NCBI GenBank assembly: GCA_918797485.1
Contig: CAKKNE010000004.1
Location: forward strand, 124,001-188,000
Length of the DNA: 64,000 nt
Source of the DNA: Pelagomonas calceolata
Lineage: Eukaryota
Direction: 5' to 3'
The notes beneath the pieces are model-generated. The model did no database searches and was not told the DNA's origin. It saw nothing but the letters and a program-made list of their open reading frames with translations. Positions 11,157-21,459 of this stretch are shown piece by piece. How positions within the stretch are numbered: the first letter of the stretch is position 1; every line of letters starts with the position of its first letter. Both the position numbers and the translations under genes were made by a program.

Positions 11157-11882
11157 ATGTTCAAAAAGCGAACGCTCAAGGGCCAGAAGAAGGCGACGGC
11201 GCCGAAAGTCGACGCGCCGGCCGAGGACACCGCCGCCGCCTTGGACGACGCCAAATTCGCCCAGGAGGCGCGCAAGCGTGCGCGCGGCCTCTCGGCCCAG
11301 GCACTAGTGGCCCCGAAGCCCACCAAAGCGGAGGAAGCGCCAAAAGAGCCCGCCGCCGACGCAGACGCGCTCGGCGGCCTCGGCCGCGACTTCGGCGCCT
11401 CGCACACTGGCGCGTCGGCGGCGGCCGCGGTCCACGAGAAGGCGCTGGAGGAGTATCTTGCGAATCAAGAAGCGCCGGCGGAGCCCGCGCCGGCGCCGGC
11501 CGCGAGCCGCGACGACGCGCTCTACGCGGTGCCAAAATTAGAGGGCCTCGAGGACGTTTCGAAAGATGCGGAACGCGCCTTCGCCAAGGGTGGGACTCAC
11601 GGATTCGGCGTGACGGGCACCGCCGAGGTCGAAGTCGAGACGGATAGCGCGGCGAACGCGCGCCTTTGCGCTGAAGAGGCCGCGAAGCGGCGGCGCGCCG
11701 TGAACGCGCTGCCCGTGTCCTCGGCCATATTGCCGGAGGATCGAGAAAGAATGCTGGAGTTGCCCCCGGATCATGATGAGTCGCTCATCGGCAAGCGCGG
11801 GCCGCACCTCTGGCGCCGCGGCGACCCCGCCGAGGAGCGGCGGAAGGCGCAGCGGCGGGGGCGCGCGGAGCGGTGCAGATAA
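11157..11882 (+). CDS. C9orf78/Tls1 (Hep_59)-like spliceosome-associated protein
   Basis: QEARKRARGLS, LEEYL, DDALYAVP and GTAEVEV in the order seen in the Tls1/C9orf78 family. Confidence 0.5.
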   Translation: MFKKRTLKGQKKATAPKVDAPAEDTAAALDDAKFAQEARKRARGLSAQALVAPKPTKAEEAPKEPAADADALGGLGRDFGASHTGASAAAAVHEKALEEYLANQEAPAEPAPAPAASRDDALYAVPKLEGLEDVSKDAERAFAKGGTHGFGVTGTAEVEVETDSAANARLCAEEAAKRRRAVNALPVSSAILPEDRERMLELPPDHDESLIGKRGPHLWRRGDPAEERRKAQRRGRAERCR

Positions 11883-11918
11883 AGTGTGATTAGTTGAATA
11901 TGCTAGAAAAAGGAAGAG

Positions 11919-14479
11919 CTACGACGGCTCCAGTCGTGTTGGCCGCACAGGCTTGTTCGAGAAGAGGAGCGCGCCGACCATGAGATTGCCGTGTCCCCTC
12001 GGCCCCTGCTCGCCGAAGGCGCACATGCCGAGGGCCTCGCGCTTGCCGCCGGGGTCCGCGAGCTCCTCCCATCTCTCCTCCATGTCGTCCTGGAGTGCCT
12101 TGACCTGTGTGGAAATCAAATTTACGGCGCGTTCGTCCCGAATCGCCGCGTCGATCTCCACGCCATCGACGCGACACCTGCTCGATGGCGTGGCGATGTC
12201 GGTTCCTCACCGCTCGACGGAGCCAGCGCGGCCACGTCATCGCCGAGAAATGACTTAGTGAAGAATTATCGGGTGCACCCGACACCCCGACACTGGTTGA
12301 TTTCCACACAGGCCTTGACTAGTCCACCGCAGAAGATCATGAACGCGCCGAGACACTCCTCCACCGCGCCGGAAGCATCGACGCCGAGGCGCTTCTGCGC
12401 GTCGGATTTGACGAGAGCGGAGGAGACCTCGCAAATATTGTTCACGAGCGTCTCGGCTTCGGCCGCAAGAAGTGTCAAGTTCGTGCCTTCAGCAACCCAG
12501 CCCCCGACGGTGAGCGAACCGGCGGCGCTGTCGACACTCAGCGGATGGAGCACGCGGAATTCCTTATCGTCGTCGTCGAGGGGCACACCGATCGGCCGCA
12601 GCTCGCCGGCTATGGCTTCCGTGGTGGTGTCTATCGAGCCCGTCGTGAGGCCGACGACGACCTCGCCGCTCGCTCTTGTCCATTCGTCGTAGACAGTCAT
12701 CGCTGGCCGGCCGTCGATCTCGAGGATAGTAGAACCGCTAGTCCTCGTCGCGACGCCCTTCTGCTCCGTCGGCTGGAAGCCCGAGGACATGTAGCATGCG
12801 ACCTCGACGGACGACCAGCCGAGAACCAGCACGACCCCGTTTTGCGAAACGCCGCCTTCGGAGGAGAACTGGCTCCACTCGTACGGCTTCTTGAGTTCGT
12901 TGTCCGCCGCGGTGCCGCCGAATACGGGCACCGCACCGACGACGCTCTTTATGCCTTTGAGGACCGCCTCTGAAAAGCCAAGCGCCGAAAAGCAGAGGAC
13001 AAACTGTGGCATTGGCCGCCCCGCCGTGGCGGCGGTGACTTTGTCGGCCACAACTTGTTGCGCGTCGTTGCTTAGTTCTTTGATGTGCACGACGTCGTAG
13101 TCGCCGCGGTCGTCGCTGATCGCCCAGAGGCCTAGTGCCCTACTTTTGCTGCTGCTGTACCATCTCCCGTTGGCGACGACTCCGCGGCACGAACTCACGC
13201 CGACGACAGGCACATCAGGACAAAGTTTTCGCAAACCCTCAAAGACCTTGTTTTTGTCGTGCGTGCACGTGTACGCGGCGATGACGAGCGATGGCGCAGC
13301 GCCACCAAGTCTGAGCGAACTGTGGGCCGAGTCAAGCGCTTTTTGCGTGTCGGCTTTGTACGAGGCGCCCGCGGCGATGCGAGGGAGGTCCGGCGTTCCG
13401 GGCGTCACGACACCGAGCCCCTTGAGCATCCCGACGGCGCGGTGGACAGGAGCGAATACGTCCTTCTCGTCGAGGACCAGGAGCAGCTCGTCCGCTCTTC
13501 TGTACTGGTTGTAGGCGTCGTGGCCGCCCATGTCTTCACCTCGAAGGACTAACATCTTCTTGTGAACGAGCTGGACCTCGCAGACGTGCTGGTGAGGGTC
13601 GTCGGAGCGCACGATGTTCAGCAAGCAGTCGGCCCACCCGCCGCTGGTCTGCGCGCCATCCGCGAAGCGGTTCTTCACGCGCACGATTTTCCAGCCGCAA
13701 TCGGGCTCGGCGAAGAACGCCAGGGCGACGCCGAGCTCGTGCATGCTCCCGCAGATGACCATGCCTCTGACTACGTCCAAGATGTCGTCGACTTCGCCGC
13801 GCCGCGCCGCGTCCGGGCGGAGCATCGACTTCTCAACTGTGCGCGTCATCTTTTTCAGCGGTGCCATTTCGATTTTAGCGTCGGCGAGTTTGTCGCCCGC
13901 CGCGTCGAGGAGGCTCTTGAACGGCTCGCGAGCGTTCACCGCGCCAGTCTCGTAGAGTTGCTCGAGCTGCGGCGTGGTCTGGCGCGGCTTCTGCTGCGGT
14001 GCATTGCTCGCGCAGCGGTCCGCCTGGGCGATGAAGTCGGCGAAGCCGGGGTCTTTTGTTACAATGTTGTAACCGGCCACGTAAAGCGGGCTGAAATCCG
14101 TGAGGAGCGTGCTGCGTAATTTCTGCATCTCTTCGCGGTGTGCCGGCGCCTCATCTATCAGCTTCGAGTAGACGCGGCGGCTATGGTCCAGCGCCGTGCC
14201 CAAGCCCTCGCGGTCCTCCGCCGTCCAGGCGCCAGCAGACACTAGCTTCGCCTGGAGTTCCGTCAGGCTCTCGACGCATGAGGCCATGCCATCGCGGAGG
14301 TCCCCATCAGGCCATGTCGTCCCGTCGGGGAGCACGAGCAGAGATGCGCCGGTCCCCATGAGATGTCTGGTGCTCTCCGATTGCTGCCCTAGGACGTCTC
14401 GGCTATCGTGGCTGCTCCCATGCACAACAACTGTGAGGCTCTCCTGGCTCGATTTCTGATCGGAAAAGGAGCAGCCCAT
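11919..14479 (-). CDS. RelA/SpoT-like nucleotidyltransferase domain fused to FIST_N/FIST_C sensor domains; intron 12105-12319
   Basis: LKK..R..EK, DILDVVRG, RVKNRF, SGGWAD, CEVQL (RSH-synthetase-like); VPVVGVSSCRG, VPVFGGTAAD, ILEIDGRPA, FCGG, AFGEQG..HGNLM (FIST); N-terminal MGCSFS. Confidence 0.8.
12105..12311. mobile_element. Introner element with perfect 8-bp TSD GCCTTGAC (12097-12104 / 12312-12319)
   Basis: TIRs CTGTGTGGAAATCAA / TTGATTTCCACACAG; the host minus-strand intron starts at GT in the TSD and ends at the TIR AG, restoring FCGGL|VKALQ. Confidence 0.95.
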
Positions 14480-14721
14480 GCAGCCCGCTGCAAAAGCAGG
14501 AAACGTACGATTCCCATGCGACTGTAGCGTTCACCACTGCTGCTGCGTGGCGCGCGCACCGCGATGATTTGAGTCCAGCGCCGCTGGCAGCTCGGAAAAT
14601 CCTCTAGAGTCTAGAGTCTAGGCGCCGCGGAGCGCACGGATGCGCGCACGGTACTACCCTTCAAAGCAAGCGACGGGTACTTATCCCCCTGCAAACCACG
14701 CCGCTCGGCGCCCCGCGACAC

Positions 14722-15303
14722 TCAGAGGATCGACGGCTTCGGCCCGCCGCCCCCGAGGATCGAGGGCTTGGGCCCCGTCTGCGGCGGCGGCGCCGCGCCG
14801 CCGGCGGCCTGGGCGAAGGACGCGGGCTTCGCGCGCGGCTGGCCGCCCTGGCGCGGCCGCGGCTGGCTTCGCGCCTCCAGATTCGCGGCCGCGAACTGCT
14901 CCATGAGGTCGTTGAGCTCCTTGCGCTTCTGTTCTAGAGTGGCTCTCAGGGCATTTTCGGGCAGCTCTTTTTCATTGGCCTCTCTCAAAGCCTCCTCGGC
15001 GTGCTTGACCTCCGCGGCGATGGCGTCGGCCTCTTCTCTCTGTTGCCTTGTCAAACGGTGGGCCGCTTGCGCTTTCAGCTCCGTCTTGCGGTCCATGGCC
15101 TTGACATCAATTCCCTTGTTGGTCAAAACTTCTTCTCTCGGTTTTGCGTCGCCGAACGGGTTGGAACCTCGCCGCGGCGCCTGCTGGGCTAGCCTCGCGG
15201 CGGCCGCCGGGTCGCGCTTCTTGAGCTGGAGCCGGGGCCGTCCTCTAGGCGGAGAGGCGGGGGGCGAGCCGCCCGGCGCGTCGGCGTTTAGCATTTCTGA
15301 CAT
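14722..15303 (-). CDS. eIF4B-like translation factor / RNA-binding protein
   Basis: RPRLQLKKR and SNPFGDAKPREEVL resemble eIF4B motifs; coiled-coil follows. Confidence 0.5.
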   Translation of the reverse strand: MSEMLNADAPGGSPPASPPRGRPRLQLKKRDPAAAARLAQQAPRRGSNPFGDAKPREEVLTNKGIDVKAMDRKTELKAQAAHRLTRQQREEADAIAAEVKHAEEALREANEKELPENALRATLEQKRKELNDLMEQFAAANLEARSQPRPRQGGQPRAKPASFAQAAGGAAPPPQTGPKPSILGGGGPKPSIL

Positions 15304-15877
15304 CCTGCTGGTGTGCGTTGCTTTTGTCGTTGAGATGTGATGGATTAGTATACTGTTGCTCCGGAGAGCTGTCGTTGGGCTACGAAATCACTGTCGTAGA
15401 TCACTGTTGCGAGAGCTGTTGCTACTCGTGTTCACTCCTACTGCGCGGCGCTGCCTCGTCGACCGAAGAAAGCAAGGCACAATAGGACCAGGAGAAAAAC
15501 GCTCAAAGGCACGGGCCCAGCGCCCGCTGCCGCGCCTCGCGGCCTACGAGCACCTCGGAGCGAGCCTGGCTGGGTGAGGCTCTAGCCAAAAGAAGCGTCA
15601 GCGGCCAGCAGTAGGCTTCAACTGGCCCTAGAGGAGTGCAGAAGGCAGACCAAGGCGCACCGCGCTTGCTAGTGTGTTACATGCCGCTAGCTCGGCTTTG
15701 CTCGCCTTGCAAAAAACTGGTGCAAGCTAGCATAGGCGTCGTTTCGCACATCTACGCTTAGTTTTACATAGCCCTGTCGCTGTGAGCAACAAAACGCAGC
15801 TCAACGCGAGCCAGCAGAGACCAGCACTCGTTCTCCCAAGAGAGACAGCACGCCAGCCGCCGCGCGCCACAGCAAAG

Positions 15878-16570
15878 ATGATCCCCAGCATCGTCGAGAC
15901 CTTGGTGGGGGCCTGCGACGAGCTCAGCTTGCTGTTGAGAACGCTCGAGATCACGCGGACCCAAAACTTTATTAGCGTGAAGAGCGTGAGCACGCCGAGC
16001 GAGGCCCAGGCGGCGCAGCGCGTCGCGGCGCACAAGCGGGCGGGTCTGCTGGCCGCGGGTAGAAGTTTGAGACGGAGCTTGGAACTGAACAAGGAATTGC
16101 TAGCAGCGGAAGATGAGAAGAGGAGGGACCGCGCCCAGGAAGAGCGCGAGAAGGAGGACGCGCTCCCGCAGTTAAGCCAACAGGCGCACCTCCACCTCCT
16201 CTACCAAGCCCTCAAGCAGGACGAGCGCATTCTGTTGACGTGCACGGACGGCGACTTCGCCATGTTACTTGATGGAGAGCACACGCTGCATTTCTCGGTG
16301 GCGCCGCCAACCAAGAGTGACGAAGGTGGTGGGGACCCGTTGCAATCCGGCGCGCGCCTCGCGCTCGCGAAGGCGCTGCGGGACCACTTCGAGGGCGGCC
16401 TCGCGGACCGGCCTTCCCTGGTTACGGACGCCGCCGACCTCGTCTACCACGTCCAGTTGCGGGTCGAGCTCGCGGAATTGATAAGGAGGCTGCGCGCGCG
16501 GGGGCTGGCGTGCCTGCCGGCGTGGGTGTCTGATCCCGCGGCGGTCGGCGTGCCGCGGGTTGATGGCTGA
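15878..16570 (+). CDS. Hypothetical protein
   Basis: 230-aa ORF after an A-rich start context with genome-typical codon use. Confidence 0.5.
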   Translation: MIPSIVETLVGACDELSLLLRTLEITRTQNFISVKSVSTPSEAQAAQRVAAHKRAGLLAAGRSLRRSLELNKELLAAEDEKRRDRAQEEREKEDALPQLSQQAHLHLLYQALKQDERILLTCTDGDFAMLLDGEHTLHFSVAPPTKSDEGGGDPLQSGARLALAKALRDHFEGGLADRPSLVTDAADLVYHVQLRVELAELIRRLRARGLACLPAWVSDPAAVGVPRVDG

Positions 16571-16695
16571 GCGTCATTGTTTGCGTCGTCGGCGTTTTAA
16601 CTACTGTGTGTCTTACAGTGGCCAGAATTCCGGGACAGCCGAAAACCCCGCCCACACTGCTCGGCTGGCTCCCCGGGGCGCGGCTCCGCGCGCCG

Positions 16696-16719
16696 GCTAG
16701 CGGCCTGTAAGACACTAGC
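16696..16719. promoter_or_regulatory. Representative copy of the recurrent upstream motif GCTAGCG(N2-4)GTAAGACACTAGC
   Basis: About 15 copies in the window, all intergenic: 5098, 10843, 15668, 16696, 24756, 25971, 28185, 37214, 37968, 41096, 51004, 54272, 57332, 61336, 62314. Confidence 0.7.
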
Positions 16720-16930
16720 AATCACGGCACGAGTCCGCGGCGTCGACCTGGCGCATCGGTGCACTACGAGGTCGTAAAGCTCTGCAAGAGCAAGGTCGCA
16801 ACCGTGCGCGACGAGGAACAGAGAAAAAACCGGGAGAGCAGACCTGTGCGAGCGGCATCACTGAGCTTGTCAGAGTGCCTGCATCAGCACGCCGCGTGAG
16901 TGGTACGCCACTGCGCTTAAAAGCAGCAAA

Positions 16931-17751
16931 ATGGTCGCCAGCACCTGCGCCGCGCGCGGAGTGGTCTACTGGCTCGGCTCGCAGCTCTACGTGCAACTCA
17001 CGAATCGCGCGCGCGGCCTGTCGCTCGTGGCTTCTCGCGGGCCCGCGTTTCAGATGCCAGCGTCATCTGGCTTCGCACCGCTGGAGGCGGAGCCCACCGT
17101 CGACGCCGTCGTGGCAGCCGTCCTCGACGCGTACGCCAACGACGAGCGCAAGAAGGCGCTGGGGCAGGACGTCGGAAGGACGCGGCGCGCCGACGGTGGC
17201 GCCACGGATCCCGGTGTCGCCTTCGCTGGACTAGGAGATCCGCTGCTGCGATGGCCGGACGTCGCGGAGATCACGCGCCGCGTCAGGGAGCACCACGAGG
17301 TGCCCATATCCCTCTACACCAATGGACTGCTCCCGCCGGACGCGCCGAGTGCCGCGGAAGTTGCCTCGTCCGTGGCCGGCGTCCTTTGTATTATTCGACT
17401 TGCGACGCGGCGATGGCGTGCCGTCGACGCCACTCCCCGCGCAGGACGCTGCACGAGGCCGGCGTCACGGCGGCGACGATTGCCCTGAATGCGGCCGACC
17501 CCGACAGCTACGCTCGACGTATGCTCTCGCCGCCGCCGTACACTCCCGCATATCACGAGGACGGCCCAAGTGCGATTGGCGACGTCAGCGGCGCGTCCTT
17601 CGGCGGGGCCTGCGAATTCATCTCGGCTCTGAGTGAGGCCGGCGTCGAGACCACCGTCACTGCCGTCGCGACTGCCGACACCGCCTCGGTGCGCGACCTC
17701 GGCACGGCTCTTGGCGCGGTGGCCTTCAAGGAGCGAACCTTCCTCGAGTGA
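16931..17751 (+). CDS. TatD-associated radical-SAM-like protein lacking CxxxCxxC; intron about 17368-17444
   Basis: VYWLGSQLYVQLTNR, VAFAGLGDPLLR, LYTNG, IALNAAD..SY, VTAV, FKERTF. Confidence 0.6.
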
Positions 17752-17815
17752 GGGCTCCCGTCGTCGTCCTAAGTTGTTGTGCTCAAGTGCACTACTTAGT
17801 AAGGGGGCAAGAAAC

Positions 17816-20095
17816 CTAGGCCTCGACGAGCTCCTCCTCCTCGACCTCCGAAGGCTCGACCCAGCGGTCGTTCTCCTTGATGAGCTCCACCAAAGCGTCG
17901 CACGCGTCCTCGTTCGGGATGCCGCTCCGCACGACCGTCTTGCCGACGTACAGGTCGACCATGCCCGGCGCGCCGCCGACGTACCCGAAGTCGGCGTCGG
18001 CCATCTCGCCCGGGCCGTTCACGATGCAGCCCATGATCGCGATCGTCACGCCGGGTAAGTGTCCTGTTCTGTCCGAGATTTGCGCCGTGACTTCCTGCAG
18101 ATCGAAGAGCGTCCGCCCGCACGACGGGCACGACACGAATTCCGTCTTCACGTTCCGCATGCGCGAGCCCTGCAACAGACCAAACGACGCCGTCCTCAGG
18201 AACTCGACGTCAAAAGGCGCGTCGACGAAGAACCCATCAACAAGACCATCGACGGACAAGGACCCGCCGTCCATGCCCATGCGCAGGATGAACAGGTCCT
18301 TTCGCAGGGGACCGTTGTTCGGCGCCCTCGCCGTTTGGGCATCATAACCTAACCGTAAGATGGCCGGGTAGGCGCAGTTGTTCGCCTTGAGGTGGTGGAA
18401 GACCCGTCGGGCCGCATGCGTCCTCGACAAGTTCTCGACGTCGATGTCTACAATAGCGAACGCGACGTCGCTCCTTTGCGAAGCCGCTTTCAGCTCCGCG
18501 TCGGTCTCGGCGCCGGTCAGCCGCAGAGCAGCCGCCCGCGCGCACTCCGGCGTCGCCTCGCCGCCGTCGACGAGCGCGATGGCGCCTTCCAACGGCGTTT
18601 TTGCCAGCACGGAGGCCGGGACGACAACGCCGACGCCCGCCGTCTGCAGTCGGGAGAGCGTCCTCAACTGCGTCTTGTCCGAGGGCACTTCGGAAAGGAC
18701 AATAGAGTCCGACGACGCGACGTCCTTGAACGGCATGCCCACGGCCGTCTTCATGCCTAGTTTCGCGTAGAGGCCCTGCTCGTCCTCCAGGTCAGTTGCG
18801 GAGACGGCGGTCAGGACCGAACCGTCTCTGTGTAGCGCTTGAAACTCATCAGTGTAGATCGACGGTGCGAGCGTGACTTCCCTCCTCGTGAACGACGTGA
18901 TCGGCCGCGTCTCGGAATCATCGAACTCAATGACGTTCTGGGCCTTCTGCCTGTTGGCATCAGACACGGCCTCGTCACCTAGTTGAGCTAGCGTTCTACA
19001 GGGCTCCAATTCGAACTCGGGATCTTCCGTCAGCGACACGCGGATCGTGTCGCCCAGACCATCCGCCAACAAAGCCCCAATGCCGATGGCCGACTTCATG
19101 CGCCCGTCCTCGCCCTCGCCCGCCTCGGTCACGCCCAGATGCAGCGGGTAGTCCCAGCCGAGCTCGTACTGCGTCGCCGCCAGTAGTCTGTAAGCTTGAA
19201 CCATCACAACAGGGTTCGACGCCTTCATCGAAAAGACGAAGTTGTGAAAATCTAGCTTGCGGCAGATGTTCGCGAACTCGAGGGCCGACTCGACCATGCC
19301 CTGCGCGCTGTCGCCGTAGAAGGACATGATCCTTGCACTCAATGAACCGTGGTTCGTGCCGATGCGGATGGCCCGTCCGAGCTCCTTGCACCGTTCCACT
19401 AAGGGCGTAAACGTTTTCTCGATGTAGGCTCGTTCATCTTCGAACTGCTGCGGGTCCTGTGTTGATAGCGACCTTGTGATGCGTGGCTCTCTCCCCGACG
19501 GCGTCCACCTCTCGACGGGAACGCGTCGATGGCGTGGAAACAACGGACGCCGCCCCCGCACGTCGTAGTCGATCTCCTCGAAGGTCTTGCGGCCGTCCGC
19601 GAAATTCCCGGGGTTGACGCGGATCTTGTCGTAGGCCTCGCAGGCGATCATCGCCGCCTTGCGGTTGAAGTGCATGTCGGCCACGAGGGGGATGTGCACG
19701 CCCTGCGCATCCAACTGCTCGCGGATCTTCAGGGAGTTCTTTGCTTCGCCGATGCCTTGGACCGTGAGGCGGACCATGTCCGCGCCGGCCTCCTTGCATC
19801 GCAAGATCTGTTCGACGGACGCCTGGACGTCGTTCGTGTCCGTCGTGCCCATGGTCTGCAACACGATGGGGTCGCTGCTCCCTATCCTGACTTGGCCGAC
19901 TTTTACCGTGGACGTCGAGCGGCGCTCCGGGCTTTTATCGTCGGCGCAGTAGCGGCCCACTGCATCTGTCTTTTCGCGGTTCGCGGCGCGGTCGATCGTC
20001 GACTGTAGCGGCGCGGCGCGCGGCGCCTTGAGGACGGGCGCCTGGAGAGCGCTGCTCACAGAGAGCAGCGCACCCACAAGAGCCGACGCCCTCAT
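17816..20095 (-). CDS. ispG: 4-hydroxy-3-methylbut-2-en-1-yl diphosphate synthase (plastid-targeted); in-frame intron 19457-19561
   Basis: QTMGTTDT, PLVADMHF, KIRVNPGN, RIGTNHGSLS, YPLHLGVTEAG, SCPSCGRTLFDL, MGCIVNGPGE; signal peptide. Confidence 0.95.
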   Translation of the reverse strand: MRASALVGALLSVSSALQAPVLKAPRAAPLQSTIDRAANREKTDAVGRYCADDKSPERRSTSTVKVGQVRIGSSDPIVLQTMGTTDTNDVQASVEQILRCKEAGADMVRLTVQGIGEAKNSLKIREQLDAQGVHIPLVADMHFNRKAAMIACEAYDKIRVNPGNFADGRKTFEEIDYDVRGRRPLFPRHRRVPVERWTPSGREPRITRSLSTQDPQQFEDERAYIEKTFTPLVERCKELGRAIRIGTNHGSLSARIMSFYGDSAQGMVESALEFANICRKLDFHNFVFSMKASNPVVMVQAYRLLAATQYELGWDYPLHLGVTEAGEGEDGRMKSAIGIGALLADGLGDTIRVSLTEDPEFELEPCRTLAQLGDEAVSDANRQKAQNVIEFDDSETRPITSFTRREVTLAPSIYTDEFQALHRDGSVLTAVSATDLEDEQGLYAKLGMKTAVGMPFKDVASSDSIVLSEVPSDKTQLRTLSRLQTAGVGVVVPASVLAKTPLEGAIALVDGGEATPECARAAALRLTGAETDAELKAASQRSDVAFAIVDIDVENLSRTHAARRVFHHLKANNCAYPAILRLGYDAQTARAPNNGPLRKDLFILRMGMDGGSLSVDGLVDGFFVDAPFDVEFLRTASFGLLQGSRMRNVKTEFVSCPSCGRTLFDLQEVTAQISDRTGHLPGVTIAIMGCIVNGPGEMADADFGYVGGAPGMVDLYVGKTVVRSGIPNEDACDALVELIKENDRWVEPSEVEEEELVEA

Positions 20096-20811
20096 CTTTG
20101 CTGCGCTTCGTTTAGAGCGTTATCGCTGCGTCTTTTGCAGCTGTTGACACCTTCTGCAGTCGCGCGGAAGCCGATTTGACGTGTGATGCCGTATGAGCTA
20201 GATGTGGGCAAGCTCCAAGTCTGGGCGGCCCTCGCCCGATTACCCCCTCCTCGCCGCGTCGGAGGCGTCTCGTTGTGCTGCAGGGAGGGGTATTTGCGGC
20301 GTCATGGTGTTTGCTGGTGTTTTGTGCACCCTGAGCACGATGCCTCGGGTTGCGCTCGGCCAGGCGTCTTCGGAGTCCGTGCGGCACCGAGTACCCTGCG
20401 TTGCGAGGCGTTTCGGGGCGAAGCCCCGCTTCCTTGGCTGAGCACTGACCGAGTGCAGCGAGGACGCAATTAGCCCTCTGTTACAGCCAGCGTAAGCACT
20501 TTTACACGACGCAACCCATCACGGTGGCCCGTTCCCTTGCCGAGCCAACTTACCGCGCTTCGCGCCGAAGCGCTGCGCCTCCGTGGACGGCGATTGCCCA
20601 TGTTTGAAGTAGTGCGTCGATGGCGCTGGGCTAATCCCGAGACGCCGCCGATGCGCTAAAACATGCTGTCGTGTGCTCGCCCGACCCGAAACGTGTCCGC
20701 GAGAGCGAATTTACGGCAAAAACGCAAAGAGAGACCCCAGACGCGGGACCGCCGCGCTCACCGCAACCCAAACACAGGCTCTACACAAGTTAAAAAGCAA
20801 CAACAACAAAC

Positions 20812-21285
20812 ATGCAGCGCCTCCTCATCGCCGCCTCCGCCGTCGCCGTCGCCGGGTTCATGGCCCCGCCCGCACGACCGACGTCCGTGCGCATGGACGC
20901 GTCGGTCGACTCCATCCTCGAGGACATCAAGGGCCTCACCCTCGTGGAAGCTTCGGAACTCGTGTCGAAGATCGAGGAGACGTTCGGCGTCGACGCGAGC
21001 AGCGCACCCGTCGCGATGGCCGTCGCGGGCGGCGCAGCGGCGGGCGGCGGCGACGAGGCCGCCGACGAGAAGGACGAGTTCGACGTCGTCCTGACGGAGG
21101 TGCCGGCGGACAAGAAGATCGCGGTCCTCAAGATCGTGCGAACGATCACGGGCCTCGGCCTCAAGGAGGCCAAGGGCATGGTCGAGTCCGCGCCGGTCAC
21201 GATCAAGGAGGGCGCGCCCAAGGACGAGGCCGCGGACATCCAGAAGCAGATCGAGGAGGGCGGCGCCAAGGTCGAGCTCAAGTAG
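20812..21285 (+). CDS. rpl12: Plastid ribosomal protein L7/L12, nucleus-encoded
   Basis: [53 protein letters not shown]; signal peptide ending AG-FMAP (ASAFAP-like). Confidence 0.9.
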   Translation: MQRLLIAASAVAVAGFMAPPARPTSVRMDASVDSILEDIKGLTLVEASELVSKIEETFGVDASSAPVAMAVAGGAAAGGGDEAADEKDEFDVVLTEVPADKKIAVLKIVRTITGLGLKEAKGMVESAPVTIKEGAPKDEAADIQKQIEEGGAKVELK

Positions 21286-21459
21286 GGCGCTGCGCTTTCT
21301 CCCGGTTAACATATGTCCCCTTAGCAGTGTCCGCGCGACGTCGCGTCGATGGCGTCGACCACTGGCAGCGCACTTGGCAGCGCTCCGAGTCGGCGCTCGG
21401 CTGATTTCAAGTTTCCGAGTCTATCGAACTTGAATTCATGCCGTGACTAGTACATCACA

